64,000 nucleotides of DNA from Octopus sinensis (GCF_006345805.1 NC_042998.1:118172001-118236000), one strand, 5' to 3'; positions 16,185-29,442 are shown, counted from the first letter of the stretch. A program made the numbers and translations. The notes: a model not told the origin generated them from the letters alone.

Positions 16185-17165
16185 AGTTGAAGTGAATCTA
16201 ACGGTTTTGTGTGTTTCTTAAATAGCTAATAAACACCTTCCACGCTGCAATTGTTTTGGTCCCAGCACACGATCTCAGATCAGGTCACTTGCTATGAAAG
16301 TATATATCCGTAAAACATTTTCTCTATTACAATAATACGAAAAGGTGCCGAAAACTTCCAGTTTCTAAGATTATCTTTGTATCTAAGAGTATTCAGTACT
16401 GAAGAGTTTCGCAATAGGTATGGTTGAAGGCCCAGCATCCCAAGATCTTTTTCACGGCTTAGAAAAACTGCAGGACTGCTGCAAGATATGTGTGATAAAA
16501 TCATAATTAACTGATCCGCCTGTATTTTTACTATCCAAAGCCAGGACCTTTAACGCACCCTCCTCGAATATATCAAAATACGATCCAAGGATGGAATGTA
16601 AATGTAGTTGATGATATTTTTAGTAATGCTAAGGAAATATCGATCAGACCAAACACTATCAGCATACTGTGCGAAAACATATATAAGATAGGCGAGATGT
16701 GATAGCCCCAACAAGGAGAGCAATTATTATTACTACAACAGCAAGAATTGACTAGTTTTTATTTTGAAATCTATACTATGTACTCATGATACGTATCGTT
16801 CAGCCGGATGTTCTCTTTTCCAAGGGACAAATGAAACCGACAAATTAAGTAAATATACACATCCGCATATTTCTATTGATATAATGTGCACCGATGTAAA
16901 ATGTATTGAACCTGTAAAATTTTAATCAAGTACGATTAATCAAATCAAGGAAGTCTTAGCAATCCTCCTTTCGCAGAAAAAGTAAAGATGCATTTCATAT
17001 TCAATGACTTTTAATTGGAAGCCAGTTGCCAGCAGCATATATCTTGATATATAACGAAAAGGAAATCATTATTTCTAAAGTTTGTTTATATGTATATGTA
17101 AGTAAGTACGTGTATATGTATGAACATATATATATATATATTATATATATATATATATATATACA

Positions 17166-17222
<57 letters not shown>

Positions 17223-17454
17223 CAGCAAGGATCAAGAGATATGTCAGCTAATATCTTAACAATCAGCAACGTATTCAGTAAATAGCCGAGTGATAACACT
17301 AGTTCTATTTGGCTAAAGAAAATTTCGCCCAACATATATGTTGTTCATTACAGCATATTTCGTAAAAAAAATTCTTACAAATTATATATAAGTCTCTAAT
17401 CATAGTAAACAAGAAGTTTTCAGGCTAGCCGTTTTTTATCACTTATACTTATTG

Positions 17455-17504
<50 letters not shown>

Positions 17505-18052
17505 AGATCATCTTTGCAATTTCGGCTAATTATAATCGAGATTGCTCAAGTCTGGCCAGTCCCAAGGATAAAAAAAAAAGCTAAGAGCATTAGATTCCTT
17601 GGAAGAAAGCAGCAAATATATACGAAAACAAGGACGGAAAAACTGAGAATATTACACAAATACAATACAAATAACATGACATAAAAACAGGTGTCTTTCG
17701 ACTAAGGACGAATTAAATTAAGCTGGTGTGTGTGGAAGTAAATCCCTACGGCATCAGATTTCACAGAGAGATATATAGATGTTGCACGGACGGCAGTCGA
17801 ACAAAGAAAGAAATGTCAGGCTTGGCCGAACACCTGTCACGTGGGGAAAGAAGAGAGAGAGAGAGATAAAGGCAGAGGGACAGAAGAATTAAGGAGGTGG
17901 AGGAAAAAAATGAAAGGGGCACAGTGAAGTGAAAAGAGAAGGGAAATTGAGCATGAAGAGGAGACCTGGAAATGTGAGACAGAGAGAACGAAAGAACGAA
18001 AAGTGGAATGAACGAAGTAAGCGTGAAAGGGCTAATGGAAAGAAGGAAAGAC

Positions 18053-18086
<34 letters not shown>

Positions 18087-18112
18087 TATATATGTATGTA
18101 TATATGTATGTG

Positions 18113-18198
<86 letters not shown>

Positions 18199-18884
18199 AT
18201 ATATATACATATATATTTACAAGATAAGGGCAGAAGAAAAATTCTAATGCCAGATACGCCGAAACAAAAAATTGTCGATAACCATTAAATTTATGCGTCT
18301 CGAAACAAACCGATAGAACTCTCTAAAAAATTCGTTATTACCGTATTGGTCCAATTTCGGGGTTAATTCACAAGAAATTTTCCCCTCTTCAGCGGCACAT
18401 ACGCGAGATATAGATGAAATACTTACTCATACCCATGGAAGAAGTGATTCGAACTAGAAACTTTTACAGAGTGATAGAATCTGGAAGTGAACACTAATCT
18501 ATTTATAATTGATATAGGATAATTTTTTTTTCGGGAAAAAATCTATTTATAATTGATATAGGATAACATTTTTTTCCTGTCAAGAGTCCCAGATGAACCT
18601 ACCTCACGGCAAGAGGTGCAAATGAGAGTAGCTATATCAAACTCCATTCTTCACCAAGTGCCACATGTTAGACGAGGTTCTTCGTAATAACAGTGTAGCA
18701 CAAAACGGCGGTGCATCAGCGTGGCCGCAGCTCTGAGCTGAAACAAGAGAAAGAATATACATATATATATATACGTATAAGACATATATATAAATAAAAG
18801 TATATATATATATATAATATATATATATATAATACATATATATATATATATGTATATACACGTATATATGTATATATACATATA

Positions 18885-18916
<32 letters not shown>

Positions 18917-19019
18917 ATATAACGGGAAGCTTTATGAAAATAAACAAAAGACGAAGGCAGGTGGAAAACAAACGAACAATTGTATTAGTATGGCGCTCAG
19001 GAAATATAAATAAAACAAG

Positions 19020-19057
19020 TCTTTAACGTTTCGAGCCTACGCTCTTCAACAGAAAGA
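19020..19057 (-). ncRNA. Minimal type I hammerhead ribozyme (dimer type) with variant core CUGUUGA
   Basis: Reverse complement UCUUU-CUGUUGA-A-GAGC(GUAG)GCUC-GAAA-CGUU-AAAGA: helix I UCUUU/AAAGA, helix II GAGC/GCUC, palindromic helix III AACGUU, predicted cleavage after GUU. Confidence 0.7.
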
Positions 19058-19231
19058 TACACAGAGAGAGAAAATCACAGAAAGAAGGAGAGAAAAAAAA
19101 TGCGTGCAGTAGCTAACGAATCAACATGGCGATCTGATTTCGGCCAGAGGTCAAAGATCAAACATGAGACGCGAGAGCGAAATAAGGGGAGATAATAGGG
19201 TTGATAAAGGGGTTGAGGAACCAGCTAAAAG

Positions 19232-19424
19232 TGCGTGGGAGGGGTCTGGATGTGTGTATGTATAGGGTTGGTGTATGTATTAGTATGTATAAGGGTGTGT
19301 GTGTGTGTGTGTGTGTGTATGAGAGAGTATTAGTGCGTAAGATTGGTCTGGACGTGCGTATGTATGGGGTTGGTGTATGTATTAGTATGTATTAGTATGT
19401 ATTAGTACGTATTGGTATGTATAG

Positions 19425-19455
<31 letters not shown>

Positions 19456-19570
19456 TATAAGTGCGTATGCGGGGTCTGGACGTGTGTATGTATAGGGTTG
19501 GTGTAAGTATTAGTATGTACTAGTATGTATTAGTACGTATTAGTATGTATTAGTTGGTGTGTGTATTAGT
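19232..19570. repeat. Triplicated ~100-130 bp unit with (TG)n and TATTAGTATG repeats inside the PLE 3' region
   Basis: GTGCGT...GGTCTGGA(T/C)GTG.GTATGTAT.GGGTTGGTGTA.GTATTAGTATGTA recurs at ~19232, ~19333 and ~19461. Confidence 0.8.
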
Positions 19571-19969
19571 ATGGCACATCATATGTGATGTGATGTGTAA
19601 AGTCATGTGGTGTAGTGAGGAGAAGAGGGGGAGGGGGAGAAGAGGGGGGGGAGAAGGGAGGGGAAGAAGAGGGGGAGGAGAAGGGGGAAGAGGAGACGAT
19701 GGGGGAGAAGGAAGGTGAGGAGGGGGATGAAGGAGGAAAGAGGGAGAGGGGAGAGAGAGAATGGGAGAGAGGGAGTGAGGGAGCAGAGGGAAGGGAAGAG
19801 GGAGGGAGAAAGAGGGAAGAAGGGAAGGGGAGTAGGGGTGAAAGATGAAGGACTGAAGAAGTAGGGGTCGGGGGGAGAAAGGATAGGTGAGGAGGGGGGA
19901 GAGAGGGGTTAGATGAGGAGGGGGGAGAGTTGAGACCAAATGGCGTATAAGAGCGAAGAGAGAAGATTA

Positions 19970-22806
19970 ATTCCTGTTCACGGCGCAAACGGGAATCCGG
20001 ATGGCCTCTGTGTAAGGACAACCGAACACAGATAGGTGTTGCAAGGAGTGACCGGTGGAGCGGAAATGGCGTGAGACCGGTGTGTCGTTCGCAAGGTGGA
20101 TGTCACGAAGGTGTTCCGCGAACCGGTCAGTCAAGCGGCGTCCCGTTTGTCCGATGTACAAGAATTGCAGAGAGAGCAAGAGATGCAATAGATAATATTG
20201 CTGGAGGTGCAGGTGAAGGAGTGGATGATGGGATAGGGTCGATGGTGGGTGCTAGTGAGGCGGGTGGTGGTTGGAGAGGTAAGGGCAAGTGCGGCAACGT
20301 GGGCGGGAGCAGGGGAACGAGCCGGGTTGGGAGGTAGGGTCAGGGAAGGAGCTATGGACCAAAAGGTCTCGAAGGTTGTGGGCTCGTTTGAAAGAGGGGA
20401 GGGGTCGGTTAGGGAAGAGGTGTGAAGTGGACGGGTCGGACTGGAGATGACGGAAAGCTCGAAGAATGGTGCGTTGGAGACGTAGGGTCGTGGGGTGGTA
20501 AGTGAGGGGAAAAGGGAGGCGGGAGACTACAGGGCGGGTTCGGGGAGAGAGAGCAGATACCAACGGTCCACGGACCGTGCTCTGGCAAGGGCGGTGTGGA
20601 TAGTGGTGAGGGGGTATCCACGTAGGGTGAAGTGGTGAGCCATACGTTGAGACTGAGTCTCAAAGTCATGGTCGTCACTACAGAGCCTACGTAGACGGAG
20701 GAATTGGGAATAGGGGATGGAAAGCTTGGTGTGTTCTGTGTGGGAGGAAGAGAAGTTGAGGTATGAGTGTGAGTCTGTGTGTTTGTAGTGAATGGAGGTG
20801 GTAAGAGTGGAGTGAAGAATGCTAACCGAAATGTCGAGGAAGGAGACAGAGATGTTGGAGATAGTGGAAGTGAAGTGGAGGGCTGGATGGAAAGATTGGA
20901 TGAAGAGAGGAAGGAGAATCTAGATGTTCGCGGGAGAGTGAGGTGGCACCGATAATGTCGTCAATATAACGACCATATAGTTCAGGAGTGGGACCAGTGA
21001 AATTAGAGATATATTTGGCCTCAACATAGCAACGAACAGGTTCGCATAGTTGGGGCCCATTCGCGTTCCCATGGCCACTCCCGAGACCTGATGGTAGAAC
21101 TCGCCCGCGAACGAGAAGCAGTTCAGAGTAAGGACAAGTTCGGCCAGACGAATGAGTGGTGGATGTGTCAGGTACAGGGTTAGAGCGGAGGTCAAGAAAG
21201 TGTCGAAGGGCCTGCAGTCCTTCGTGGTGAGGGATAACAGTATAGAGGCTTTGGATGTCCATAGTAAAAAGGATTTTGGAGGAGCCGGGAGGAAAGGAGA
21301 AAGAGTTGAAAAGCCGGAGAGCATGGTTGGTATCGTGGATGTGGGAGGGAAGAGATGCCACTAGGGGGGCAAGGACACGGTCGAGGTATTTAGAGATGAG
21401 CTCCGCGGGGAAGTTACAGGCAGAGACGATGGGGCGGCCAGGGTTGTTGGGTTTGTGGATTTTGGGGAGGAAGTAAATGGTGGGGGTACGTGGGGTTCGC
21501 ACAATTAGGTTGGATGCGGTGCGGGGGAGACGGGAGGACGAGATGAGGTCTTGGACAGTAGAGGATACCGTCTGTTGGTAGCTACGTGTGGGGTTAGAGG
21601 GCAGAGGGGAATAGAAGGAGGTGTCATTGAGTTGGCGGAAAGCCTCGGCCCTATAGAGGTCCGCGCCCCACACCACTACAGCTCCACCCTTGTCAGCCGG
21701 TTTGATGATAATGTCAGCGTGCCGTTGGAGGGAACGAAGAGCCAAGAGCTCAGCCGGGGAGATGTTGAGGCGGCGTTGGCGCCTGGAGAAGTTGAACCGC
21801 TCCTAATGCACGCTGACAAGCGCCCGCGAAAAGATCCACTGCTAGGATCTGGCCAGGGGCAGGCGTCCACGGGGATGGTCGGCGGCCCAGGCCAGTGAAG
21901 CAGTCGTCCTCTTCGTGGGGTGTGGGTGCCGAGTCGTGGTAATGCGCACCCAACCGGACACGGCGCACAAAGCTGTGGACATCAACTCGCGTCTGGAATT
22001 CCTTACAGGATGGGGTGAGGGGGATGAAACGCAGACCCCTACCAAGGACGGAGCGTTCAGCCGCAGAGAGGGGAAGATCGGGGGGAATGGTAACAACAGA
22101 CGGAAGTGGAGAAGGGGTGGGTGGAATAGAAGTAGGAGGGGTGGTAGGTCTCGTGGAGGTCTGAGGGGTAGGGATGGGGAGGGGGTTTGGGCGGGGCAGT
22201 AGGGTTAGGTGTAGGTGGATGGAGCCTAACGGGGGGGAGAAGGGGTTGTAGGGAGGGGCAGTGGGGTTAGGTGTGGGTGGATGGAGCCTATCGGGAGGGG
22301 AAAAGGGTGGTGGAGGAGTTGGGGTAGTGGCGTCGGTAGGGTGAAATGGAAGAGTGATTGGAGTTTACGAAGTTTGGTATCAGAAAGAAATTGATGGAAG
22401 AGTTGATTCAAATGGATAATGAAGCGTAGCGTGTTTGGAGCATAGAGAGGGGGCAGAGAGGAGAAGAAGGTGGAGAAAGCAGGAGGAAGAGGGCGGTTGA
22501 TGGCATGTAGTTTGGAGAGATTGGAGCGAATGGTGGCCCGCATAAGGCGGTAAGATGTGGTGTGCGGAGTATGGGTAGATGGAAGAATCCGAGTGGAGAG
22601 CAGGGTGGAAGTGGAGGCGGAAACCTTTAGGGATGAGTCGGTGATGTAGGCAGCGGCTTAGGAAAGAGACATGGCTAGAGAAGCGGGTTTTTTAAAAAGA
22701 AGTAGAGAGAGATTAACGGACGGCTGAAGGCAATATACAGGAAGCGAACGTAGTGATCCTTCAAACGGTGATGGAGGGTGAGGAGGTAGGACCTAGGATC
22801 CGGCAT
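19970..22806 (-). pseudogene. PLE polyprotein (RT + C-terminal GIY-YIG endonuclease), multiple frameshifts
   Basis: Pieces in ORF track 22675-22857, 22226-22543, 20822-21745, 20920-21324, 20252-20563, 19967-20188; probable start ATG at 22806 (MPDPRSY...). Confidence 0.85.
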
Positions 22807-23221
22807 GATGGGATAGCGGAAAAAAAAACGTTCGAAAAAACAAAAAACAAAAAACAAAAATTATCGTATGAAAAAATAGAAAAAAGGATAGCGAAAAAAG
22901 GGGAAAAAACAAACGTTCAAAAAAACAAAAAATAATCGTATGGAAAAACTAGATAAGTAAGCGATAGGGCAGAAAAGACGGGGCAAACGGAAAGGGAAAG
23001 AAAGAAGGGAAGCAGAGAGAGGGGGAGGCAAAAAAGGGGGGTGCAGGCAGAGGAAACGGAGTATGGACATCGAGAGGGAAGAAGACGGAAAGGAGAACAA
23101 AAATTCAGGAAAATGTGGGAAGCATGAAATGAATGTAAAAAAAGTGGTAATATAAGAGAAAATAAAAATACAACAAACGGGACAACACACAGCCATATAT
23201 ATATATATAATATATAATATA

Positions 23222-23253
<32 letters not shown>

Positions 23254-23260
23254 TATTATA

Positions 23261-24212
23261 ATTAGGGTATCTACGAGATACCACCATGCTGAAATTGCAG
23301 CCATGATCTAACTCTTAAACCACAAGAGAAAACAAAGACACAAGATGAAACTAGTAAACATTACTGGATAATTCGAGATCCCGGATTGCTGGGTTTGCAA
23401 TTAGGAATGCTTTGCCTCGTCAGAAGAGAAACATAAATATATATATATTTATATATATATAAACTCAACATACGAATAATTACATATACGAACGTATACC
23501 TACATATATATGCACGTATGAATCATGGCCAGTTCAAAATGCCCGCCGTTTAATTCCGTGTGAGATATGGTTAAAATATCGCCGCAATAAATATAATGAC
23601 GAAATAAATTTAAATTTATATAAATAAGGATAAAATCGTTAATCTAAAAATAAAATAACGATTTTATCAAGTGGTCAGCATGGAAAAAATAACCTTCAAA
23701 TGTAATAGTTATTAAAATTATAAATTAGGGTATCTACGAGATACCACCATGCTAAAAATAGTAGCCATGATCTGACTCTAAAACCACCTGAATTGTCCAT
23801 ATAACAACACGGAGAGAAAACAAAGAGACAAGATGGAACTAGTAAAAAATTACTGGATAATTTTAGATCCATGGTTTCTGATTTTGCATATAGGAATGCT
23901 TTGCCTCGTCAATAGAATACACACAGAAGAGAAACATATATATATATATATAAACACAACCTACGAATATTTACATATACGAACGTATACCCACATATAT
24001 GTGCACGTATGCATCATGGCCAGTTCAAAATGCCCGGTGTTTAATTCCGTGTGAGATATGGTCAAGATATCGTCATTTTGAACTGGCCATGATGCATACG
24101 TGCATGCTGACCACTTGATATAGTCGTTATTTTATTTTTATATTAACGATTTTATCCTTATTTATATAGATTTAAATTTAGTTCGTCACTATATTTACTG
24201 CGGTGATATTTT
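23261..24212. repeat. Tandem duplication (463-bp period) followed by two inverted segments
   Basis: ATTAGGGTATCTACGAGATACCACCATGC at 23261 and 23724; 24002-24032 perfectly inverted at 24074-24104; 24103-24212 is the reverse complement of 23574-23682. Confidence 0.9.
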
Positions 24213-24581
24213 GTAGTTTCGAGTGAGTTTGGGTAATATCAATGATTTTACCAGGTAGCCAGTGAGGAAATAAAAACCTTATAGGTAAATTTTATGAGGA
24301 CGCTGATCACGTGCATATTTTGAAATACTTGTGAACTATGCTGAAGAGTAGCAGTAAGTAAAATCTATCTTTTACTTTATCTTCGAAACACGTCCATAGT
24401 TAGTCAACCTTCTTGATTCATTATTTTTCTTTTGATTGCCTACAATAAAGTGTGTTATTCTGGGAGATTTTAAGGTAGTAAAAAAGACTTTAGCGTCTAT
24501 TTTTACGATGCATGATGAGGCATAAAGCCAACCCCTTGTTATAACATGTATATAATTATAAAATTATATATATATATGTAT

Positions 24582-24585
<4 letters not shown>

Positions 24586-24629
<44 letters not shown>

Positions 24630-24633
24630 ATAA

Positions 24634-24714
<81 letters not shown>
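24586..24714. repeat. (GATA)n array
   Basis: Directly visible. Confidence 0.95.
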
Positions 24715-25944
24715 GTTATAGATATATATATATATATATTCATTGCCTTAGGTATAGTGATATCAAAATCTAGTTTTAGAATTCAATACAAAAAATGTTT
24801 TCAGAATAAAGCAGTAGTTGATTGCAGAGCGCAATCTGAAATAAGGTAAATGACCATGACAAATGAACAAGAAATTATACATCTTTATGAAACTGATTTG
24901 ATGTATGTACTTATGCAATTATGTATGCATATATAATATTGAAATTTTCTCAAGTTACAGAATGTATTCAAAGTCACTCTCCATAAAATTTTTTTCATGC
25001 TAAGTGACTCGGCGAGGTGATTATTGATTCTGATTTTCAGAAGACAAAGTGACACAGTAGAAGTTATTATCTACCGAGAAATTTGACCGAGAAGTAAAGT
25101 ATTTGAAATCATCGTATGCTTTTAAGGAACGCTTGTACAGAAAACAGGCTAGAATAAATTTAAGATTGCATTTCTGTGCATATTATGGTCTGAAGGTTGA
25201 ACGAAACGTAGTAACAGAATATGTTTATTATGTAACACCAGAATCTATTAATGGTAAAGTTTTTCGGGGAGAGGCAAAGTGCTGTCATTGATTAAGTGAA
25301 CATAACATATATCTTGCTAAATTATCTCTGGTATTATATCTTACACGGTTGTGCTTTTACTTCTTTTCTGAAACCTAAGTCTTATTCACTTACATCGTAA
25401 CCATAATCATTAAAATTCTACAGTGGTATCGCGTTTATTGTCATTTTTTTGTGATTCGTAGTTAGTAAACTTCATATAATTCCAGTCACATACACGTATT
25501 TCGATTTTGAGATTAAACTTATAAATAAAGTAACGTTTCTGTAGGAATAATAGCGCCATACTTTCCTAATTTCAGAAAATAACCTGATTGATATAGACTA
25601 AGATTCGATATGGTACCGAAGAGGTGTAATATGACTGGTCTTATATCTTTATGGCTAGCCTTTTAAGTCGTTATTTACTACTAGTAGATTAATTATTATA
25701 TTACAGTTATGTTTTAATTCTAATACTACATCAAATAAAATTAGATTCCACAATCAGCGATCTCATGCGTGCGTGTGTGTGTATGTGTGTATGTGTATGT
25801 GTGTATGTGTGTATGTGTGTGTGTGTGTGTGTGGTGTGTGTGTTCCCTTCTGTTTTTAATTATTTAAAATCTTCCTCTGAGCAAGGAGCTGATTTCTAAT
25901 AAAAATACAAAGCTCCACCCTTGGAATACAGATAACAAAATATA

Positions 25945-27190
25945 CATCACATTTTGAACTGGAGAAAAGTCTTGAATACATCTACTGTTCCATTTACAGA
26001 TTGTATTTGTAATGTGCGAGATAGTTGGCTGATTCCTTTTTCTGGAAACTCTAGCTTATCCAGATTGTCACAAAAGCATATACTCACAAATCCAAGTGCG
26101 TCAATTATTATTGTTATAAATGTGATTTTATGATCTGGCTTCAGAGTCTGGAGGTTTTGAAGCAGCTATCAATTGTAATCCTCCTCCTCTTTAATTTTCA
26201 AAGAAATATTCACAACAGCTGGACAGCTGACCTCTATGATGATACATAATTTTTCTTGCCCGTCCCAAACAACTACATCATGGCTGTTATGTTTACGTTT
26301 GACCAGGTGTTTTCATTGGAACCTTTCGCTAGTATTCTTTGTGTGGATATATGTACATGCATACAACAACATTTATTGCAGGAGAGCCTTTTATCCAAAA
26401 GGCATTGTATATTGTTTTTGTGACAACGTCCCGTCCCATACAGAGATAGTACCTTGATGGCTTTCTGGGCAGCTGTTAATTAGGTGTGATATTTTACACA
26501 CAAATATGATATAATCTGCATTTTCTGTTACATCTTTGAGATACAAAGTCTTCAATGTTTATTTCTATGTTTAGGTACTTCCTAACAATCTCCTTTTCTT
26601 GGATTGCAAATGCATAACATTCCAGGTGAGATGTGACGTAACGGTCACGAGTCCAAGGGAAGCTGCGCTTCATGTCGATATTACTGTCATCCTCAAGCGT
26701 TCGGAAAAAAAAAACCATGGTCTTTTTGTGGTACGCTGAAGGTTTCACATTCACGTCTTATTTAGATATGTTCGTCCGGCTGTCTGGTGTTGTGTAGGAA
26801 ATCATCAGGATGAGGGTGCTTCCTAAATATCTCGCTGCCCACACATATGATGCTGTTCGCTTCTCTTTTCATCTCTAAGTTAATGTATTAATTTTTGCTT
26901 CAGTTGTTTAGCAAGTGCTATCGGAGAGCGACTATACGGCACTCAAAAGCTCCCTATACTGATATCAAGCCGCTTACTCCTTTAACTCTTCTCAGATAAA
27001 GCCTGTCGATATCACTATTCCTATGGGGATTTCTAGTTGACATCAGTATCTTCCGGGTCGGGTTTTTACGTCTAAAGAATGAGTTCCTTGTACTAACTGG
27101 TCAATTACCCCAACTTTTAGACTTATCATTCGTGGTGCAAATGCATATTGGGATATAGTCTTGTAAGAGGAGAGTTCTGACTGTCCTATA
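25945..27190 (-). mobile_element. R4/Dong-like (RLE-type) non-LTR retrotransposon 3' portion, decayed
   Basis: TRKILMSTRNPHRNSDIDRLYLRRVKG; YVTSHLECYAFAIQEKEIVRKYL; CNRKCRL...ITHLINSCP; HNSHDVVVWDGQEKLCIIIEVSCPAVVNISLKIKEEE; ITIIIDALGFV; VNGTVDVFKTFLQFKM*. Confidence 0.85.
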
Positions 27191-27431
27191 TTTGTAAGTC
27201 TGGAATATATATGTGTGTATGTATGTATTTATGTATGTATGTATGTATGATAGATAGACGCATTGCACACAATTATATTTATATTCATGTTTTTCAACAT
27301 TCCCAAAGGAACACCTAAGAGATAAAACTTCTTATCATTTTCATGTAACTTTACTATATAATAGCCTTACCTCTCGTGCATTTGGAATGATCAATGAAAT
27401 ATTTGTCTTCCCGGATTTTTTTTCACACATT

Positions 27432-27597
27432 AGGCGCAGACGTGGTTCTGTGTTAAGAAACTTGCTTCCCTACCACACGGTTTCGCGTCCAGTTCCATTG
27501 CATGGCACCTTGGGCAAGTGCGCTCTACTGTAACCTCGGGCCGGCCAAAGCCCTATGAATGGATTTGGTAGACGGAAACTTAAAGTAGCCCGTCGCA

Positions 27598-27635
<38 letters not shown>

Positions 27636-27785
27636 ACGGGCTACTTTATATATATATATTTGTGTGTGTGTCTGTGTGCGCCTGTGTTTGTCTGTGTTAG
27701 TCTTGAGGTCGATTGTTCGACTAAATGCCGTGCTCCAGCATGACCGCAGTCAGATGACTGAAACAAGTAACAGAAGAAAATAATA
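27432..27785 (+). mobile_element. Full-length SINE family B (tRNA head, CORE-like segment, internal microsatellite, tail)
   Basis: TAGGCGCAGACGTGGTTCTGTGTTAAG head; GCACCTTGGGCAAGTG core-like motif; GGTAGACGGAAAC..AAAG.AGCCCGTCG then (TA)n/(TG)n; tail CCAGCATGACCGCAGTCAGATGACTGAAACAAGTAA. Confidence 0.85.
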
Positions 27786-29099
27786 AATAAAAGAATTATA
27801 TAATACTCGTTTTCCATATACTTTGTGAATGAATGTGTAAGTCGGAGCTAAGTTACTTCGAACTCATAATTCAGTAGATGGAGAACATATACTACTAAAC
27901 TCTTTAACTCATTCCTTCCTATTATGAATAATAATTGCATTACATACATATATTATTTTAACATTTTTCAAACGTTGAATAAAAAAAAAATTATACGCAT
28001 CTTTAACATTTGTTATGATTCATTTTCTTGAACACGATTACTTGATAGTAATCTAAATCTATACTATTCTATTCAGACTGATGAAGATTAAAACTACTTA
28101 TAGAATACTATTTAAAAATGTAGATAATTTAAGCCGCATGTGGTAAATAAAACCGTGATTTAAATAGGAATTGTTCGTAGAAAACATCACGAAATGCTAT
28201 AGGAATTTGTCATGCATGACGGGAGAATTTTTCAAATATAATGTTAGAAATTATATATAGATATTTATAAAGAATCTTAAGGAGAAACAAAATTATGTGC
28301 ATATATTTTTTAAAAAGAAAATACGGTAAAATTTGTAGAATTAAATTCGCCGAAAGATGCGTAAAAATGTGAAATGATATTCATCAATATACAACACATA
28401 CAGTTAAATAAAAAGCAAACATTTCATAAATATTGATTTTTCAATTTGGTACATGATTACCAAAGTATAGTGAAATGTTATGGACGATTAGGCTGATACT
28501 TATATATACAGACACGTAGATACATACATAACTACATACATACATATATACATACGTATATATGCGCGTGTGTGTTCGTGTGTAGATGTGTGTGCATGTG
28601 TGCGCCTGTATAGATGTCGATAGGTAGGTAGATAGATAGATAAAACGTAAATGTAACACACGAAACGAAATCAAAGTGTAGGAGTGTTCTCCAATCAGGC
28701 TTCCTTATTCCACTGCACCTGATCTTTGACTCATCATTGTAGTATAAAATATATATTTATATTTATATATATATATATATGTGTGGGTGTGTGTGTGTCT
28801 GTATATGTATACATACATGCATATTAGCTTTTTAACCTTTATTTGTTTCTGTCATTAGTATGTGGCCATGCTAGGGAACCACATAGAAGAATTTTCACTT
28901 TAATGGTTCAAGCCTTGCTTTTTTAAGCCTTGGACAGTTTCTATCGAATCCTTTATTGAAACCGCTAATGTACAGTGACGTTAATACATCAACAGATGTA
29001 TATATATATATATCACAATAAGCACATAAACGTGAAACCACGTGGGAAAAAATAGTACTCGAATACCGGAGATAGGGCAATATGCCTTATTATTAAAGC

Positions 29100-29269
29100 T
29101 GCAAAACCATCACAAAAATACCACGAAAAACTGCTATTCAGAGTTTCACGTTCCTATTCGTCTGTCAGTAGAAATCCGGAATGGATTCATTGTGGATCTA
29201 AATTGCCAGACGAAGAGGAACGTGAAACTAAGTAGAAGTTTTTCGTGATATTTTTGTGATGTTTTTGCA
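29100..29269. repeat. Fold-back (MITE-like) inverted repeat, 170 bp
   Basis: TGCAAAACCATCACAAAAATACCACGAAAAACT vs AGTTTTTCGTGATATTTTTGTGATGTTTTTGCA (2 mismatches); GTTTCACGTTCCTATTCGTCTG vs CAGACGAAGAGGAACGTGAAAC (1 mismatch). Confidence 0.8.
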
Positions 29270-29407
29270 CGCATACACAGAAAACACACACACAAAGTCA
29301 TACAATACATACATACATATATAGATACATATATATATATATATATATATAATATATATATATATATAATATATATATATATATAATTATATATATATAT
29401 ATATAAT

Positions 29408-29442
<35 letters not shown>

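Larger units (their letters stand above)
18921..23194 (-). mobile_element. Near full-length Neptune-like Penelope retroelement, frameshifted, flanked by (TA)n on both sides
   Basis: N-terminal SHVSFLSRCLHHRLIPKGFRLH; RT motifs IIIKPADKGGAVVVW, PTIYFLPKIHKPNNPGRPIVSAC, LFTMDIQSLYTVIP, GVAMGTRMGPNYANL, RYIDDIIG; linker CSRPRCRTC; GIY-YIG IIYCISCSLC..LYIGQTGRRLTDRFAEH; hammerhead motif in the 3' terminus. Confidence 0.92.

Noticed and set aside
16640-16770. Hydrophobic minus-strand stretch (ILAVVVIIIALLVGAITSRL) as a transmembrane exon
   Set aside because: Bounded by stops, no polypyrimidine acceptor, and no neighbouring exons recognised.
17690-17730. Hammerhead half-site (reverse complement ...GTCGAAAGACAC)
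   Set aside because: The CUGANGA box is absent; at most an eroded PLE terminus.
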